Below are positions 43,848 to 45,764 of a stretch of 45,764 bases of DNA, in pieces. The first letter of the stretch is position 1. Every line of letters begins with the position of its first letter. The DNA is from an uncultured Planctomycetales bacterium (lineage in GTDB: Bacteria; Omnitrophota; Gorgyraeia; Zapsychrales; Fredricksoniimonadaceae), in NCBI GenBank assembly GCA_964532095.1, contig CAZHGK010000005.1, positions 1-45,764 on the forward strand, read 5' to 3'. A program made the translations under genes and the position numbers. The notes under the pieces are model-generated. The model was not told where the DNA came from and searched no databases. It worked only from the letters and a program-made list of their open reading frames with translations.

Positions 43848-45632
43848 TCATTGAATACCAGCTGTCGACGGAAAACTATTATCAAATGTGCGTGAGGCCA
43901 AAAATGTAATATCATCTTTGACCGTCACATAGAGAACTTCTGAAGGAGTTGTTTGGCCCGACAAAACACATTGCCAGCCATTTTGGCGCAAGGTGGTCAT
44001 CCCCTTGGACATGGACATTTGTTTAATTGCTTCCGTACTTGGCTGCCTGGTTAAGGCATTGCGGATCGAATCTGATAATTCTAAAATTTCATAAATAGCG
44101 GTACGCCCCAAATATCCCGTCTTATTGCAGGCATCACAGCCTGCGCCCTTATAAATTTTAAAATCTTCATTCGGTAAGGACAATGATCTAACAATTTCTT
44201 CCCTTACCCCAGGAGCCACATCATGGTCCTCTGTTTTGCAATTTGGACAAATCAAACGGATCAAACGCTGGGCCACAAATGCCTGGACGCTGGAGGCAAT
44301 CAAATATGGCTCCACACCCATATCAATGAGACGATTAACACCACTGGCAGCATCATTGGTGTGCAGCGTCGATAAAACCAAATGGCCTGTCAGAGCAGTA
44401 CGCACGGCAATTTCTGCGGTATCTAAATCACGCACTTCCCCCACCATCACAATATCCGGATCATGGCGCAAGATGCTGCGCAACCCCTGGGCAAAACCAA
44501 AATTCAATTTCGGGTTCACATGAATTTGGGTTATCCCTTCCATCTCATATTCAATTGGGTCTTCAATGGTAATGATCTTGCGGTCATCCAAATTAAGTTC
44601 ATGCAAACATGCATATAAGGTCGTTGTTTTTCCACTACCCGTCGGACCAGTCACAAAAATAATCCCATGGGGCTTTTGGATCAATTCACGAAGACGCAAG
44701 GCATTGTTGGTACTCAGCCCTAAACTTTCCAGATTGGTACGCGCGGTCTTGGTAGGCAAGATACGGATCACCATACTTTCCCCTCGAGGAGTTGGTATGG
44801 TTGAAACACGCAAATCCAAATCCTGATCATTGGTGCGCACCACCGCACTGCCGTCTTGTGGCAGACGCTTTTCCGTGATCGTCAAATTTGACATAATCTT
44901 AATACGGGATAAAATCGCCGGCAAAAAGTGTTTGGCCTCTGGAGGAAGATTGGCATCCACTAAATTCCCGTCGATGCGATAACGCAAACGCACCTTTTCC
45001 CGGTAAGGCTCCAGATGGATATCGGTGGCCCGCTTTTGATAGGCTTCTAAAATAATTTCATTAACTAGCTTCGCAACAGACGGGTCCTGGCTGATTTTTT
45101 CAATATCCTCAACCCAGGAATCCCCAGCCATCTCAACCTTGGGCCGCTGTGGGTCCTTGGTTAGAATCTTATCAATCGTGTCCGACGCCAAACCATAATA
45201 TTTCTTTAATGCCTCGGTAATATCACTTTTTAAGGCCAATACTTCTTTAGGTTCAACACCCAAATGTACACGAATATCATCTTCAACCCGCACATCCAAG
45301 GGGCTGGAAATTGCAATGGTTAAAACATTTCCCTCTAGAGCAACAGGCATGAATTTATAAAAAGAAGCAAATTTCACAGGAACACGGGCAATCACCGCTT
45401 CTGGAATAGTGGTATTTCTTAAATCAATGATGGGAAGTTTAAGCTCTGAGGCTAACGCATCAACAATCTGACGGTCGGTAACAATATTGTGGCGAATCAA
45501 ATAGCTATTGAGATTTTTGTGCTCCGCTTTTGCTGCCAGAACATATTTTTCCGCAGCTTCCGTCGTGACTAAACCGGCTTTGATGAGAATATCGATGAGG
45601 ATTTTGTTGGCGACGGGTTTGTACATACACAC
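43848..45632 (-). CDS. gspE: type II secretion ATPase GspE/PilB family
   Basis: N-terminal T2SSE_N-type domain, Walker A GPTGSGKTTT, Walker B/Asp box, His box, and a tetracysteine motif (CPNC...CDAC). Confidence 0.92.
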   Translation of the reverse strand: MCMYKPVANKILIDILIKAGLVTTEAAEKYVLAAKAEHKNLNSYLIRHNIVTDRQIVDALASELKLPIIDLRNTTIPEAVIARVPVKFASFYKFMPVALEGNVLTIAISSPLDVRVEDDIRVHLGVEPKEVLALKSDITEALKKYYGLASDTIDKILTKDPQRPKVEMAGDSWVEDIEKISQDPSVAKLVNEIILEAYQKRATDIHLEPYREKVRLRYRIDGNLVDANLPPEAKHFLPAILSRIKIMSNLTITEKRLPQDGSAVVRTNDQDLDLRVSTIPTPRGESMVIRILPTKTARTNLESLGLSTNNALRLRELIQKPHGIIFVTGPTGSGKTTTLYACLHELNLDDRKIITIEDPIEYEMEGITQIHVNPKLNFGFAQGLRSILRHDPDIVMVGEVRDLDTAEIAVRTALTGHLVLSTLHTNDAASGVNRLIDMGVEPYLIASSVQAFVAQRLIRLICPNCKTEDHDVAPGVREEIVRSLSLPNEDFKIYKGAGCDACNKTGYLGRTAIYEILELSDSIRNALTRQPSTEAIKQMSMSKGMTTLRQNGWQCVLSGQTTPSEVLYVTVKDDITFLASRTFDNSFPSTAGIQ

Positions 45633-45683
45633 TTTCTCGTGGCAAGCGAAGTAGAATCATTAAATTTTAGGAGCTTTACCGAT

Positions 45684-45764
45684 CATGTAGAAATCTTGCG
45701 CTTCCATGTCAAGGGGCTGGAAATTGCAATGGTTAAAACATTTCCCTCTAGAGCAACAGGCATG
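45684..45764 (-). CDS. 3' end of a partial ORF that duplicates an internal gspE N-domain segment
   Basis: The minus-strand reading frame gives ...MPVALEGNVLTIAISSPLTWKRKIST-stop (TGA at 45684-45686). The first 55 nt are identical to 45297-45351. Confidence 0.3.

Overview
This window is a 45.8-kb, almost entirely minus-strand-coded segment of an anaerobe-type bacterial chromosome. I ran no homology search; every product call comes from motifs read in the supplied translations and from hand-folding the DNA. From left to right: (1) menaquinone genes menC (partial), menA and menB, then a HIT hydrolase, xseB/xseA, and a membrane-fused spermidine-synthase-like protein. (2) A higBA-like toxin-antitoxin pair with a perfect 26-bp palindromic operator. 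(3) A redox block: a DHOD-like flavoprotein, pyruvate:ferredoxin oxidoreductase (nifJ), hypE-D-C-F-A, hoxW, hoxH-Y-U-F-E (bidirectional NAD-linked NiFe hydrogenase) and a solitary CbiM/NikM-like permease. A divergent LysR regulator follows, and its candidate box occurs twice. (4) A 5.08-kb AT-rich islet integrated into tRNA-Ser(GGA). It has an exact 19-bp att duplication, a tyrosine integrase, an Xis/AlpA-like protein, paired arm-type repeats and an orphaned tRNA terminator. Its cargo is a SUKH/SMI1 protein, a three-gene operon of unknowns, and a DUF3800 gene sandwiched between two GC-rich, strongly structured elements. I consider this DUF3800 locus the best candidate for an undescribed protein-plus-RNA system. 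(5) A YbiT-like ABC-F ATPase with a degenerate second Walker A, tRNA-Arg(TCG), a trypsin-like protease and an STT3-like membrane protein with a WWPPG variant motif. (6) A T2SS/type-IV-pilus-like operon (gspE, gspF, MA-clan metallopeptidase, gspG, gspI, gspJ, gspK, PilM-N fusion, PilO-like, TPR) with no secretin or prepilin peptidase in view. The window ends in a 55-bp duplication of internal gspE sequence.
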